This document shows positions 49,900-62,160 of a stretch of 64,000 bases of DNA, piece by piece. Each line of letters begins with the position of its first letter. The first letter of the stretch is position 1. A model generated the notes under the pieces. That model worked only from the letters and a program-made list of their open reading frames with translations. It ran no database searches and had not been told where the DNA came from. The stretch is from Chlorokybus atmophyticus (Eukaryota > Plantae > Mesostigma and Chlorokybus algae), in NCBI GenBank assembly GCA_009103225.1, contig RHPI01000446.1:1-64000 (forward strand), given 5' to 3'. Made by a program: the position numbers and the translations under genes.

Positions 49900-51464
49900 G
49901 TTGTATTCAACCCGGCTTTAACCGCAGTTTTACCTGCACATCTTAATCCATTTTAACCGGCAGGGCTTGCTCGCATTCGGTCAGAAGCAGCCAATTACTG
50001 GTCATGCCGCATGGTTATCCGCGGTGACTTGCCACGTTGCCGCGCGCGGGAGCAATCCTGCGCGCCGACTAAAAACCGCCGTAACAACTGTTGCGCTTCA
50101 GCCTCCTCCTGCCTCTGCTTGGCCTCGGCCTCAGCCTCCTGCCGTAACAACTGTTGCACTTCAGCCTCCTCTTCCAGCTTGGCCCTGGCTTCAGCTTGCT
50201 GCTTGGCAGCAGCCACAATTTGTGGACCCATCCACTTTTGTGCCCTCTGGGCCTTGGCCGGTGCCTCAGCCTTGTGCTTGGGCTGGGGCTCAGCTTGCTG
50301 CTTGGCCTGGGCCTCGGCTTGCTGCTTGGGCTGTGCCTCGGCCTCTTCAGGGTAGAGGAAGCGCAAGACTTTGGGTGGCATGTTACCAAGCTCCCATGAA
50401 TGCTTCCCATCATGGTCAGCAAGGGACATGTAGTGCGCGCTCGCCTTGTGTGCATCTGTGTTGCCGATCATCACATGGCCAGCAGGTTGTGCGTTGTCGC
50501 CAATCAGGTACACAAGTTTGATGTACTTCTTTTCTTTGTCGGATGCGTTGAAGTACCTCCCATCTTCACCTTGAATGAGTTTGTCCTTTTTCTCCACATC
50601 CAAGCGGTACGTCTTAACTCTTTTGTTTTCCCAAAGCTGGACAATGCCGATGCAAATGGCGAGCGTCGTAGCCATGACTGTCATTTAAAGTTCATCCGCA
50701 TAAACACCCTCGTAAGCAAACAACTTGAACAGAGTGGCAACACCCTCTTCATTGTCTTGTGTCAGAGCTGACTCCCACCCTTGTTGTTCTGCATACTTTT
50801 TGTAGTCCTCGCCCATGTCAAAACCCTAAAAGGCGCGAAACTTCCCCAGCACATCCAGATGTACCTGTGCTGCACACATCTTGCGCAGCTTGACAGGTTG
50901 TTCCTTGTTGACAGCTCATTCTGATCATCGTCCAGCCTAGCGTGTCGTCAAAAATCTTCATAGCTGGTTGAGTTCTCACGTCGCAGGCATGCCGCACTTA
51001 CGCTTGGTCGCGACTGAGCGATGCAGTAGTAAAAGCAATTGCCATCGTCATAAGAATTGAAAAGCCGCAGGCGTGACTGGAGCAAGCAACTGGCCACTCA
51101 ACAGTGCCTTAGAACCCGTGCTTGCAGGGGGAAGACCAGTCGGCCAACGAACAACAGCAGAGGTACCGGCTTCATGTTCAAGGCCGTAATCCCCGAGGTT
51201 AATACCCCTAGCAGCTGCCTCCGGATCACATAACCTGAGCTGCGCATCCACGTATTTTCGTAGCTTGACCCTCCATTCTTTGTTAAGCGCAGCCGCATCA
51301 GGTTTTCACAGACCATCCTGAATCCAGATCAACAGCTTATCCCATGAAGGGAGTTTCTTGCTCTTTTCGTTTTTCAGACCCCTCCACTGAGATAGTTTCT
51401 TCACCCACTGTTCCTTCGCTTTTTTGAAAACGTCTTTATCGGTCAATGTTGCCTCGAGGACTTT

Positions 51465-52152
51465 TGTAACGATGCTCGTGCTCACATACACAGCACACAA
51501 GTCATACAACACATGTGTGCACACTGAGCACAGTCTTCACACCGGAACCTTGCCTTCCCTCGCGCATACGCATGCGTTGAGCGCGCACACGCACACGAAC
51601 ACTACTACTTCTCACACCAAGCAAGAACGCAGCAGTGTGCCTTGGATCACGCCTCTCTCAAGCATACACCAGTATACTCACAGCAGAGAGCAGAAAGCAA
51701 AGTTGGTTGTATTACACAGGATTTTTCTATTTATACCAGCACCAAAACTAAGCAGGTTAATAACCAGGCATTTTGTTCATGATTTATCAAATCTAAAGGA
51801 CTGTATAAGTGCAGGCTGCTGCCCCTCGCGTCGGGTACCTTTCACGCGGCAGCTGACTGTGCACTCCGCGTCGTAAGGTACTGCACAGCAGGTAGCTGAC
51901 TGCGAAGTCCGCGTCACCTGGCACAGTCTAGTCAGGTGTGACGTCACATGCCGCGGCAGTTACGACGCTATTGGCTCGGCGGCAAGCACGTCGCAGGTTG
52001 GCAGCTGCTGGCGAAGGCGAAGTCGCGCGCTGCAGTAGAGCCGGCGCCAGAAGGGCCCAATAAAGCCTTACAGAACCCTTTACTAAGCCAGAAAAGGGTA
52101 AAACACATATTATACATGCACTAAAATATGGAAAAGGGTCCAGGCTGTTACA
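51465..52152 (-). repeat. 3' LTR of chromovirus 2
   Basis: Direct repeat of 56992-57682 with ~15 substitutions and one 3-bp indel by hand count. Confidence 0.97.
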
Positions 52153-52210
52153 CCCCTTCCCCCCTGGGGAAGCTTCGCCCTTGAAGCTGACGAGTGCCTC
52201 CCTTGGCCTT

Positions 52211-55200
52211 TTACTCCTGCAAAATCTGTTCGGCGTTGATGAAACTCTCCTCGGGTTCGTACGTTGCCTCGTGCATGGGATAGCCGCGCCACTTTACCGA
52301 ATACTTGCGCACACCTCCCACCAGCTTATCCTTGACAATTGCCTCTACCTCCCACTCAGCTTGGCCCTCACGAACTAAAACGGAGGCGGGCGAAGTGGCG
52401 GCTCCCCTTTGTAAGCTTTAAGGAGCGAGACATGAAAAACGGGGTGCACGTGCATAGTACCGGGCAGCTCCAGCTTGTACGCTACCTCTGAGATGACCTT
52501 GATTACATTAAAAGGCCCCAACCATAGCTTACTCAGCTTGCACACACTTGTGACCAGCTGCACATGCTTCGTAGAGAGCATCACACGATCACCCTCCGAA
52601 AAGATAACATGCTTGCGATGTGCATCGGCGTATTGCTTTTGCCTATTTTGTGCCATAATTAGAGCCTCACAAGCTGCCTTGGTATTGTCTGCACACCTCA
52701 CAAGAAAGCCATCCACGGCCTCCACGTTGGAGCTTTGCATGCTAGTCACCCACGCCGTCAATGGCGTCAAAGGATGTTGCCCGTAGTTTATGAGGAAAGA
52801 TGTCACGCCCGTGCTTGCACTTATGTGGTTGTTGACGGTGAACTCGGTCAGCTCCAGCATGTCTCCCCAATTGTCTTGACGGCTGTTCACATAGTACCGT
52901 AACATGTCCTCGCTCACGCGGTTGGCGCGCTCAGTTTGGCCGTCTGTTTCGGGGTGGTACGCGGTGCTGAACTTTAAGCTCGTGCCTAGAGCTGAGTAGA
53001 GAGCTCTCCAAAAGTTGCTAGTAAACCGCGGTTCTCTGTCACTTACATTGCTCCTTGGAAGGCTATGACCGCACCACATGCTTGATGAACAACTTGGCAG
53101 CCTCAGGAGCCGTGCAAGTCTCCGTACTACGGAGTGTAGTACATGGCGCCAATCGCACCATTTTGCTGGTCTTGTCCACAAACACCAAGATAGCATCATG
53201 CCCTTCGCGTGTACGTGGCAGCCCCGTAATGAAGTCGAGAGTAACTTGCTCCCACTTCGTCAAAGGTATCGGCAATGGTTGGAGCAGCCCGCTGGTGCGT
53301 TGATTGCTCGCCTTCACCCTTTGACAAGTGTTGCACAATGCCACATAGTCTTTAACATCACGATGCATCTCCGACCAGAAAAATCTCTGTTTCAACAAGG
53401 CCAACGTCCGTTCCAGCCCTTGATGACCAGCCATTGGCATGTCATGCGCTTCTCGCATCAATGCTACGCGCATATGCGCAATGTTGGGTATGTACATGCA
53501 ATCGCCATGCCATAGCAGCCCCTCCTTCAATGCCTAAAGGCCACTATGCTCAGACCCAGTCTCCAGCGCCTTGATAGTCTTGTCACCTACCGCGTCCTCG
53601 TGCAACAAGGCTCGGATCTGATCCAACCACGCGGGCTGCACTAGCACCACCGTTTTGAGCGCATTGAGTTGGCAACTCAACGCGTCCGCCACCTTGTTTG
53701 AAGAGCCGGGCTTGGCGACTTCACTTCAAAGTCAAGGAGTTGGAAGAACTCAAGCCAACGAGCTTGACGACGCGAGAGATGAGGCTAGGTTTAAAGGTAC
53801 CTCAATGGCGAGTGGTCCGTTTCAAGTGTGAAGCGCTTGCCTTCAAGGAAACAACGCCATTGCCGTAGCGCTAGCACCTGCGCTAACAATTCCTTCTCAT
53901 GAACGGGGTAATTGAGCTCAAATCCGCTCATCTTCTTGCTGGAATAGGCCACCGGTTGCAAGCCGTTGCCGTGATCTTGCTGCAAAAACGCCCCAATGGC
54001 CTTGTCGGACGCATCGCACGCCACCACAAAGGGCAATTGCATGTTGCGATGCAGCAGCACGGGAGTCGTTGTTAGGGCCGCTTTCAAGTCAAAAAATGCC
54101 TTTGTTGCAGCCTCCGACCAGCTCCAAGCCACCCCCTTTCTTAGCAACGCCGTCAATGGTGCCGCCAAGTGCGAGAAGCCCTTCACAAACTTGCGATAGT
54201 AGCCGGCAAGCCCTAGGAACGACATGACCCCCTTCACGTCCTTTGGAGTAGCCCAATTGCGCATCGCGGCAATCTTGTTTGGGTCCGCCTTCCTTGCTTG
54301 GATACAATGTGGCCAAGGTACTCTACCTCCTCAAGCAAGAAGCGGCACTTGTTGAGCTGAGCAAACAACTTGTGTAGACGTAAACGCTGCATCACCTTGC
54401 ATAGCAACACCACGTGCTCCCTGTTGCTCTTCGTGTACACAAGGATGTCGTCGAGGTACACTAGCACACCCTTGCCGATCAGATCAGCAAAGACCTCAAT
54501 CATCAAGGTTTGAAAGGTTGCCGGAGCGTTTGTCATGCCAAAGGACATCACCAACCACTTGTAGTGGCGGTAGCGAGTGTTGAAAGCCGTCTTCTCAACG
54601 TCTTCAGGTGCAACACGGATCTGGTGGTAGCCACCAGCTAGGTCCAAGCTTGAGAAGAACTCGGCACCCTCGAGCTGCTCCAACAACTCATCAATGCGTG
54701 ACAAAGGGAACACATTCTTCTTGGTGATGTTGTTGAGTGGCCGATAGTCGATGCACATGCGCAAGGCTCCGCTCTTCTTGCGTACAAATAGGATAGGTGC
54801 ACCGTAAGGAGACTTGCTGTGCCTAATGTACCCATGTTGTAGAAGGTCCTCGACTTGGTCCTCGCCTCTTCGAGCTCAGCTGGAGACAATATGTACACCG
54901 GTCTGTACGGCGGCTTGTGCACGCCCTCTATCAGCTCCACACGGTGATCAACACTTCGCGTGGGTGGCAGACCAGCTGGTAGCCCATCCATCATGACGTC
55001 TTTGAACTCCTTAAGCAATTTCTGCACCTCGGGGTCCTCCGAACTCTCCGCAACAGTGCCGACCAGCTCCAAGTCCGACTTGGGAGGTGTCTCACGCACC
55101 ATGCACAGCCATGCATCCTTCACATCGTTCTCGGACCAGATCTGCTCCACCTCGGTCTTAGAAACTCGTGACACCAGCTCCGGAACCTCTCCCCTTGAGC

Positions 55201-55884
55201 TAGAAGCATGTTGTGGTGCAGCTTGCTGGCGCGCCTTCGTGTCGTGCGCGTCACGCGTATGCAGCACATTGCTAGCAGCATCGACGCAGCTGACACGCTC
55301 TTGAACCACACACTCGCCTTGCATTGAAGTATTAAAGCACACTAAAACCTCACCACCGGCTTCTGGGGCAGCGAGCACGCGCTTCCCCCAATCAATTGCG
55401 GGGTTATGTGTCCAAAGCCAAGGCAGCTTAAAAATGCCATTAAAGCCATTGTTCAGCTCGATGCAGCAAAAGCGTAGACATCTTTCATCATCCCCACGTG
55501 CATCTCAAGCTCTTTGCTTTGCTTAGAAGCTCCTCCTACTGGCGCATAGCCGTCCGCTAGAGCCACCGAGCCAGTATTTGCCCATGACAGCCACTTGTGC
55601 CGACGCGCAACCTCACGACTCATAAAGTTGCTATTCGCGCCGCAATCCACTAGCATCTTACACTCCATCCAAGGCCCATTGCCCTCCCGGATCTGAGCCA
55701 TGACTGCAAACAGCTGCCTCGCCTTGTCGGGCACACGAACCATACCGCTTTGCATTGCCGTTGCGCACATGCCGCCAATCGTCAACGATGCTTCCACGCC
55801 AGCCGCTGGACCTTCAACATCATAGTGAGGCTGCATCACCACCCCAGTAGGAGCCTCTTCAGCTACTGAGGTGAGCCGTTTCCC
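52211..55884 (-). pseudogene. pol: pol of chromovirus 2 (in the -1 frame relative to gag; frameshifted and with stops)
   Basis: Protease LVDCGAN; RT YLDD; RNase H CDASDKAIGA...EKELLA; integrase LDFITGLP, YHPETDGQTERAN; chromodomain EWEVEAIV...VKWRGYPMHEATYEPE. Confidence 0.93.
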
Positions 55885-56909
55885 GGCTGTAACATATCCT
55901 CCTCCACCATGTTCACGCGTCCACCGCCGCGAGCGTTGCGGGCATGTGCAGCAGACTTTGCTTTGAAGATGGGGCAGCTAGAGCGCACATGATCAGCGGA
56001 AGAGCACTCCCAACACTTCCGAACTGCCTTGGAATCTTCTCGACCCCTTGTCCCCTTCTTGGAGACATGGAGAGCACCCAACTCCATTGGAATTTGCCCT
56101 GAGCCAGCCCCATGAGCTGCTACAGCTCCCGAACCAGCCCCAACAGATGCGTACGAGCGATACGAACCTCCACGAGACTGATTGGAGTGTCCACGATCAG
56201 CGTATTTGGCAGTCCTCTTGAAGTACAACACGTCCGTACGCTCGGCGATGCGAATGGCCTCCGCGAGAGTCTTCGCGTCACGAAGCTCAACTTCCTTGCG
56301 ACAAAGAGTCTTCAACCCGCGCGTGTAGCGGTCTAGTTGCTCCTCCTCAGTCATGTTGGGTACGGAGAGCACAAGACGCTGAAACGCAGAGGTATAGGCC
56401 ATCACGGACTGTGATTGCACAAGCGTAGAGAGCTGGTCGCGTGCCGTCTTCACACTCTCCACCGGTACGAACTGTTTGTTCACCTCAGCAGCCAGCTCAG
56501 CCACGGTAGTGAAAGGAACCTCAAGACCAGCTTCCACACGAGCACAACGATAACGCCACCACACAAGTGCAGCTCCCTGAAAGAAAGTAGCAGCCACATC
56601 GACACGGAGATGTATGGGTACCTCGGTGAGCTTCAACCATGTCGAAATGGCAAACACCCACTCCTCAACACAATCACCGTCCCTTTGACCCTTGAATGAC
56701 TTTGGTTTTGGTAGCTTCGCATGATGAGAGGCTGATGGAGCAACCACCGGAGCTGTAACGGACGCAGACGCGCGAGCTTGCGCCATGGCTTGTTGAAATT
56801 GTGCCGCTTGAGCTTGGGCAGATGCTTGGACACGTTGCAGCTCCTCATGAGCAGCCACCAGCACTTGCTGAAGCTCCACAACACGTGCATCATCCATGGT
56901 AGCGTCCAT
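55863..56909 (-). CDS. gag: Intact gag of chromovirus 2
   Basis: Open frame with LPKPKSFKG, YTSAFQRL, QLDRYTRGLK and the knuckle CWECSSADHVRSSC; ends PGNGSPQ*. Confidence 0.9.
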   Translation of the reverse strand: MDATMDDARVVELQQVLVAAHEELQRVQASAQAQAAQFQQAMAQARASASVTAPVVAPSASHHAKLPKPKSFKGQRDGDCVEEWVFAISTWLKLTEVPIHLRVDVAATFFQGAALVWWRYRCARVEAGLEVPFTTVAELAAEVNKQFVPVESVKTARDQLSTLVQSQSVMAYTSAFQRLVLSVPNMTEEEQLDRYTRGLKTLCRKEVELRDAKTLAEAIRIAERTDVLYFKRTAKYADRGHSNQSRGGSYRSYASVGAGSGAVAAHGAGSGQIPMELGALHVSKKGTRGREDSKAVRKCWECSSADHVRSSCPIFKAKSAAHARNARGGGRVNMVEEDMLQPGNGSPQ

Positions 56910-56991
56910 AAATAAAAAATACCTCACACACCAAAGAGTTCATATCCCCTTAAAACAAGAAAGCCAACCACTCAAAGGGCTCCGATACCAC

Positions 56992-57682
56992 TGTAACGAT
57001 GCTCGTGCTGCTCACATACACAGCACACAAGTCATACAACACATGTGTGCACACTGAGCACAGTCTTCACACCGGAACCTTGCCTTCCCTCGCGCATACG
57101 CTTGCGTTGAGCGCGCACACGCACACGAACACTACTACTTCTCACACCAAGCAAGAACGCAGCAGTGTGCCTTGGATCACGCCTCTCTCAAGCATACACC
57201 AGTATACTCACAGCAGAGAGCAGAAAGCAAAGTTGGTTGTATTACACAGGATTTTTCTATCTATACCAGCACCAAAACTAAGCAGGTTAATAACCAGGCA
57301 TTTTGTTCATGATTTACCAACTCTAAAGGACTGTATAAGTGCAGGCTGCTGCCCCTGGCGTCGGGTACCTTTCACGTGGCAGCTGACTGTGCACTCCGCG
57401 TCGTAAGGTACTGCACAGCAGGTAGCTGACTGCGAAGTCCGCGTCACCTGGCACAGTCTAGTCAGGTGTGACGTCACATGCCGCGGCAGTCACGTCGCTA
57501 TTGGCTCGGCCGCAAGCACGTCGCAGGTTGGCAGCTGCTGGCGAAGGCGAAGTCGCGCGCTGCAGTAGAGCCGGCGCCTGAAGGGCCCAATAAAGCCTTA
57601 CAAAACCCTTTATTAAGTTAGAAAAGGGTAAAACACATATTATACATGCACTAAAATATGGAAAAGGGTCCAAGCTGTTACA
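56992..57682 (-). repeat. 5' LTR of chromovirus 2
   Basis: TGTAAC...GTTACA termini, adjacent to the PBS. Confidence 0.97.
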
Positions 57683-59289
57683 ACTTTCGTGACAGGTTCT
57701 TGCTTGATAGGTTCCTTTTGCTGCTCTTATTGATTCAGCTCGTTATCTGTTTGTAGTGATTAGTGTGAGCATGCGTTAGAACATGCGTTGAGATGCTCAG
57801 CTTTACCAACCCTTAATTACCTGCAGGCGGAGAGGTGCCGACTTCATGTTCAAGCCCGTAATCCCCGAGGACAATACCCCTAGCAGCTGCCTCCGGATCA
57901 CAAAGCCTGAGCTTGGCCTCCATAAACTTCCGTAGACTGACCCTCAAGTTCTTCGTAAGCCCAATCAAGTCCGGATTAGTGCTCAAGAACTCCTTCACTA
58001 AGTTTTGCAAGAAATCCCATCAATGAATTGGGGTTCCCTTGGGTTTGCCCGTCGTCTCCTCCTCCCTTCGCCTCCGCCATTTTGCGAAGATGCTTTCCCA
58101 ACAAGTCTTGTGCCGGCAAAAACATATGCACCTGTTAATGTGTTGCCGACATGTTGGCAACGAATAGAGTAAGCATGCATTAAAATGGTCAGGTTAAACA
58201 ATGCTAAGCTACCTGCAGTTTTCATCTTGCAGGGTTCCTGCCAGACAGGGTCCTTCTTAGCAGGTTTCTTCTTGTGCTCTGGTCCCTTCGGCTTCTTGTC
58301 TGTGTGCATGACCATTGTGAGCACGTATCAGCAATCGTCACGCTGAACATTGGTACATTACCTGTAGGCTGAAAGCAGCCATTGAGAACGAGCTTTCGCT
58401 TGGACATGATGAACACCTGAGGAAAGCCTTACAGGAAAAAACAAGCACACACAGTATAAGCAACATGAGCAACTGAGCCTGAGAAGGGCTTACGCCAGAG
58501 GCTGCCTTTCTGCTGATCTGCTCATAATTAACACACTGCAAGAAGTAGACATGCAAACACAAGGCTGCCTTTCTGCGCATTCTGAGCATGCAAACAAGCT
58601 GAAAATTGCATGCTAAAATGGAACAGCTCAAGAAGTTGAGCAAGAGGTGGACTTATGCACGAGGCCGCCCCTCTGGTCAGCATGCAGACAAGCTGAAATC
58701 TGCATGCTGACATGGAACACCTCAAGAAGCTGAGCAAGAGGTGGACTTACGCACGAGGCCGCCCCTCTGGTGAGCATGCAGTGGTAGCTAACAACATAGA
58801 CAACATGTGCGAAATGCTCAAACAGGCATGCATAATGAGCTAAGAATTAACACACTGCAAGAAGTAGACATGCAGACACACAAGGCTGCCTTTTTGCGCA
58901 TTTTGAGCAGGCAGACAAGCTGAAAACAGCATGTTGAAATGGAACAGCTCAAGAAGCTGAGCAAGAGGTGGACTTACGCACGAGGTCGCCCCGCTGGTTA
59001 GCATGCAGACAAGCTAAAAACTGCATGTTGAAATGGAACAGCTCAAGAAGCTGAGCAAGAGGTGGACTTACGCACGAGGCCGCCCCTCTGGTTAGCATGC
59101 AGTGGTAGCTAACAACATAGACAACATGTACGAAATGCTCAAACAGGCATGCATGATGAGCTGAGAATTAACACACCGCAAGAAGTAGACATGCAGACAC
59201 ACAAGGCTGCCTTTCTGCGCATTTTGAGCATGCAGACAAGTTGAAAACTGCATGCTGAAATGGAACAGCTCAAGAAGCTGAGCAAGAGG

Positions 59290-61451
59290 TGGGCAAGATG
59301 ACCGGATACAAGCATCACCCATGTGATACCTTTAACACTCCCACGCGGGCAGTTTGGTCTTCAACACCTCCAACACATTCGCAATCCTTTCTTCTCTTCT
59401 TCTTCCGAACGATGGCACAGAAGCTCTTTACCTCCTCTTGCTCCAGCTCCTCCACGCTTCCCACCAAAGCTTGAAACTTATTTGTAGAGAACACCTTGTC
59501 CTTCACAGCAACTCGGGCCCCTTGGTTGGCCTTCAACTTCTTGCCCATGTCTCTGTGATGCTCTTGATGCACATGCTCCTTGCTAACCTTCACTTGCTGC
59601 ACCTTGCTCACCAGCGCTTCCTTGTAGCTCTTTGCAGCTCCCACGGGCTTCGAGCTTCTTGTGACAGCAACCTTATGTGCCTCCTCCTTGTTGCCATGAC
59701 CTTGTGGTGTATTAAACGCTGTCTTCTCGACCACCCTTGTTTTTGCAACAACCTTGTGCGCACCGTCCTCCTCCACATAGTAGAGTCCATCCCTGTTGAT
59801 GCCTACTACATGCGTGACACCGCCAAGCTCTATACGAGCCTTGTCCGCATCAAACACAGCCCTTGCACCAACTATCGTGGCTCTACGTACTGAGAACATA
59901 CTAGCACATGCACCTGGCACATACAGTACATCCCTAAGCACAACCTCCTTCACCATACAACCAACCTTGAACCTCAGATTGGCATCTCCCTTTGCAACAG
60001 CTTCCAGCATCTGCCGGTTCCCAAAATCCACCGTAACTGGCTCAGGTAAAGGAGTGAGGTTGGTGAGCTTGCTCCTGTCGCTCGTAAGGTGTCTGTTTGC
60101 TCCCGTATCCAGCACCCACCCAAGATACTCCGCTTCCTCATCCGATGCATGGAAAGCAACCGCATGCTGCTCATGCTCACCATCAGCCTTCTTCACCTTA
60201 GGACAATACCACTGGATGTGACCACGCTCCCCGCAATGCCAACACTCCACGTTGCTGCTTCGTGTGCCCTTCTTCACATGCCTTGATGAAGTCGCGAAGG
60301 CCACATCACCTCCAGGTGCTCCCTCTTCATCATCGTCCTCCTTCCTCAAGCGTTGCTCTTCTTGAATAAGCATCGGTGTTACCCCATCCATTGACAAATC
60401 CTCCTTCCCAGACTCCAAGATAGTGACAACATCCCAAGATAGTGACAACAACCCTGTACTCTTTGGGCAAACCTGAGAGCACAGCCCACACCACCTCAAC
60501 TTCCTTGAGCTCGTGGCCAACACCCAGCAAGTCCCTCCACAACGCCTTCGCTCGCGCCATGAACTTGACAATGGGCTCCCCGCCCTCCTTGCGCAATGAG
60601 TTGAGCTCCTGCCTCAGCTGCAGTCTCCTCGCCATGTTGCGCGACTTGAAGTGGCTATCCAGCTTCATCCAAAGCTCCTGTGCACTCTTGCAATCCTTCA
60701 CCAGCACCAGGTAATGATCAGCCATGTGCAAGCCTATTCAAGATAATGCTTTTCTCCCTTGTGTTGCCCAAACACTCCCTTCGCCTACAGGGACTGCCTC
60801 CGCCGGATCCACATACTTCCACAACTCCTTGTGAGCTAGTAGTAGCTCCATCTTCACGCTCCATATGTTGTAGTTGTCAATGTCCAGTGGTTCAATTGTG
60901 AACTTTAAGCCGTCCATGCTTGTGGCCGTAGTTGCCCCTCTGCTACTTGCAGACCTTACAACCTACTTCACACCAAGCAACTACAGCTACTCACACAATC
61001 GTAATACACTCCATCAACCTACACAAGCATGTGTGGGCCCATAACGTGTTGACATACACACGTGCAAGTGACACGCCAACAAGATCAGCACAAGAGCATG
61101 GCTGCTACATAAATGCCATACAAGTCCAGGGTTTTATACCCCGCCAGTTTCTACACACGTCTACATTTGCAAGCACCGCGTGCACAATACTCAGCCTTTT
61201 AACGCGGAGTTGCGCTGTTTAGCTCACGACCAGAGCTTTCCAAGCTAAGCCACGCCTGCTAAGCTTACGTATTTACAAAGCTACGCGGTTTCTCCCAACG
61301 CTCTACTCAGCATCTGGTCCGGAGTCCGTCCTGGCTCGACTGTCTTGCTAAGTCCGAAGTCCACGTGCTCAGCCCATACCTTCGACTCTCGACTCCTGTG
61401 TGGAGGGCAAGCTGACCGGATACAAGCATCACCCATGTGATACCTTTAACA
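59290..61451 (-). mobile_element. Non-autonomous Ty1/Copia element (2162 bp): gag-knuckle-protease-tail, with no integrase core, RT or RNase H
   Basis: 5' LTR 61047-61451, PBS GTTATGGGCCC (61035-61045), internally deleted 3' LTR 59290-59337, TSD AGAGG (59285-59289 and 61452-61456). Confidence 0.9.
59315..60917 (-). pseudogene. gag: Copia gag-protease ORF with a charged C-terminal tail
   Basis: MDGLKFTIEPLDIDNYNIWSVKM, CWHCGERGHIQWYC, WVLDTGANRHLT, VLYVPG, GLYYV. It has one TGA and one frameshift caused by a 19-bp tandem duplication at ~60415-60450. Confidence 0.88.
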
Positions 61452-61949
61452 AGAGGTGGACTTACACACGAGGCCGCCCCTCTGGTTAGCATGCAGACAA
61501 GCTAAAAATTGCATGCAGAAATGGAACAGCTCAAGAAGCTGAGCAAGAGGTGAACTTACGCACGAGGCCGCCCCTCTGGTTAGCATGCAGTGGTAGCTAC
61601 CAACATAGACAACATGTAACGGCACATATAACGGCATGTGCAGCACCTTGTTGGGAGCAGTGTCAAAATCTTAAAGCAAGCCAACCTGAAGCTACAAGAG
61701 AGCGCCTCGTCAGGGGTGTCGGACCCATTAAAGGATCTACAACAACCTAACGAGAACACAACACTAGCACAGCAGCAACCCACCGCCGCCGCCGACCTCG
61801 CCAACCACATCGCCCTTGCCGCCCAGCCTTGCAATTCTGCTCAATCTTGAAATTTTCGGACTTACACCAAAACCTAATTCATAAGCGTAAAATGTCATAT
61901 TATACATCGCGCGCTGTAGATTGCGTCACGCTATCTATATACGAGTGTG

Positions 61950-62160
61950 CAAAACACGCTGACATGATGTCAGTGCCATCACAGATGGGCCATAAAATTT
62001 CTTAGTGTGCATCACGGATTGCAGCGCGCGTCACGCTTTCTATATACCGTATATAAACCATCACGTATATAATATACGTGATGGTTGAACTGTACCTGGA
62101 GTGTGCAGGACAGGCTGACATGATGTCAGTGTCATCAGTGATGGGCCATCATGGACCATC
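61950..62160. repeat. Cluster of perfect odd-length palindromes
   Basis: 15-1-15 hairpin at 62056-62086; CTGACAT-G-ATGTCAG at 61959-61973 and 62115-62129; TGATGG-G-CCATCA at 62139-62151. Confidence 0.85.

Larger units (their letters stand above)
51465..57682 (-). mobile_element. Full-length Ty3/Gypsy chromovirus LTR retrotransposon 2 (6218 bp), pol disabled
   Basis: 688/691-bp LTRs, TSD ACTTT (51460-51464 and 57683-57687), PBS TGGTATCGGAGCCC (56977-56990), PPT at 52153-52164 and full domain order. Confidence 0.97.
49995..58324 (-). pseudogene. Decayed Lys/Glu-rich multi-exon gene of unknown function, interrupted by chromovirus 2
   Basis: The frame KEPIKQEPVTK|VLEATLTDKDVFKK is continuous across the empty TSD. 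It contains a duplicated LRLCDPEAAARGIxLGDYGLEHE motif, in-frame stops, and GCAG|GTA donors at ~58213 and ~57823. Confidence 0.4.
58510..61620. repeat. 321-bp higher-order tandem repeat (94+227 bp), with the third copy split by a Copia element
   Basis: CAAGAGGTG recurs at 58641, 58735, 58962, 59056, 59283 and 61544, and the split copy resumes at ~61451; spacings are 94/227/94/227/94. Confidence 0.9.
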
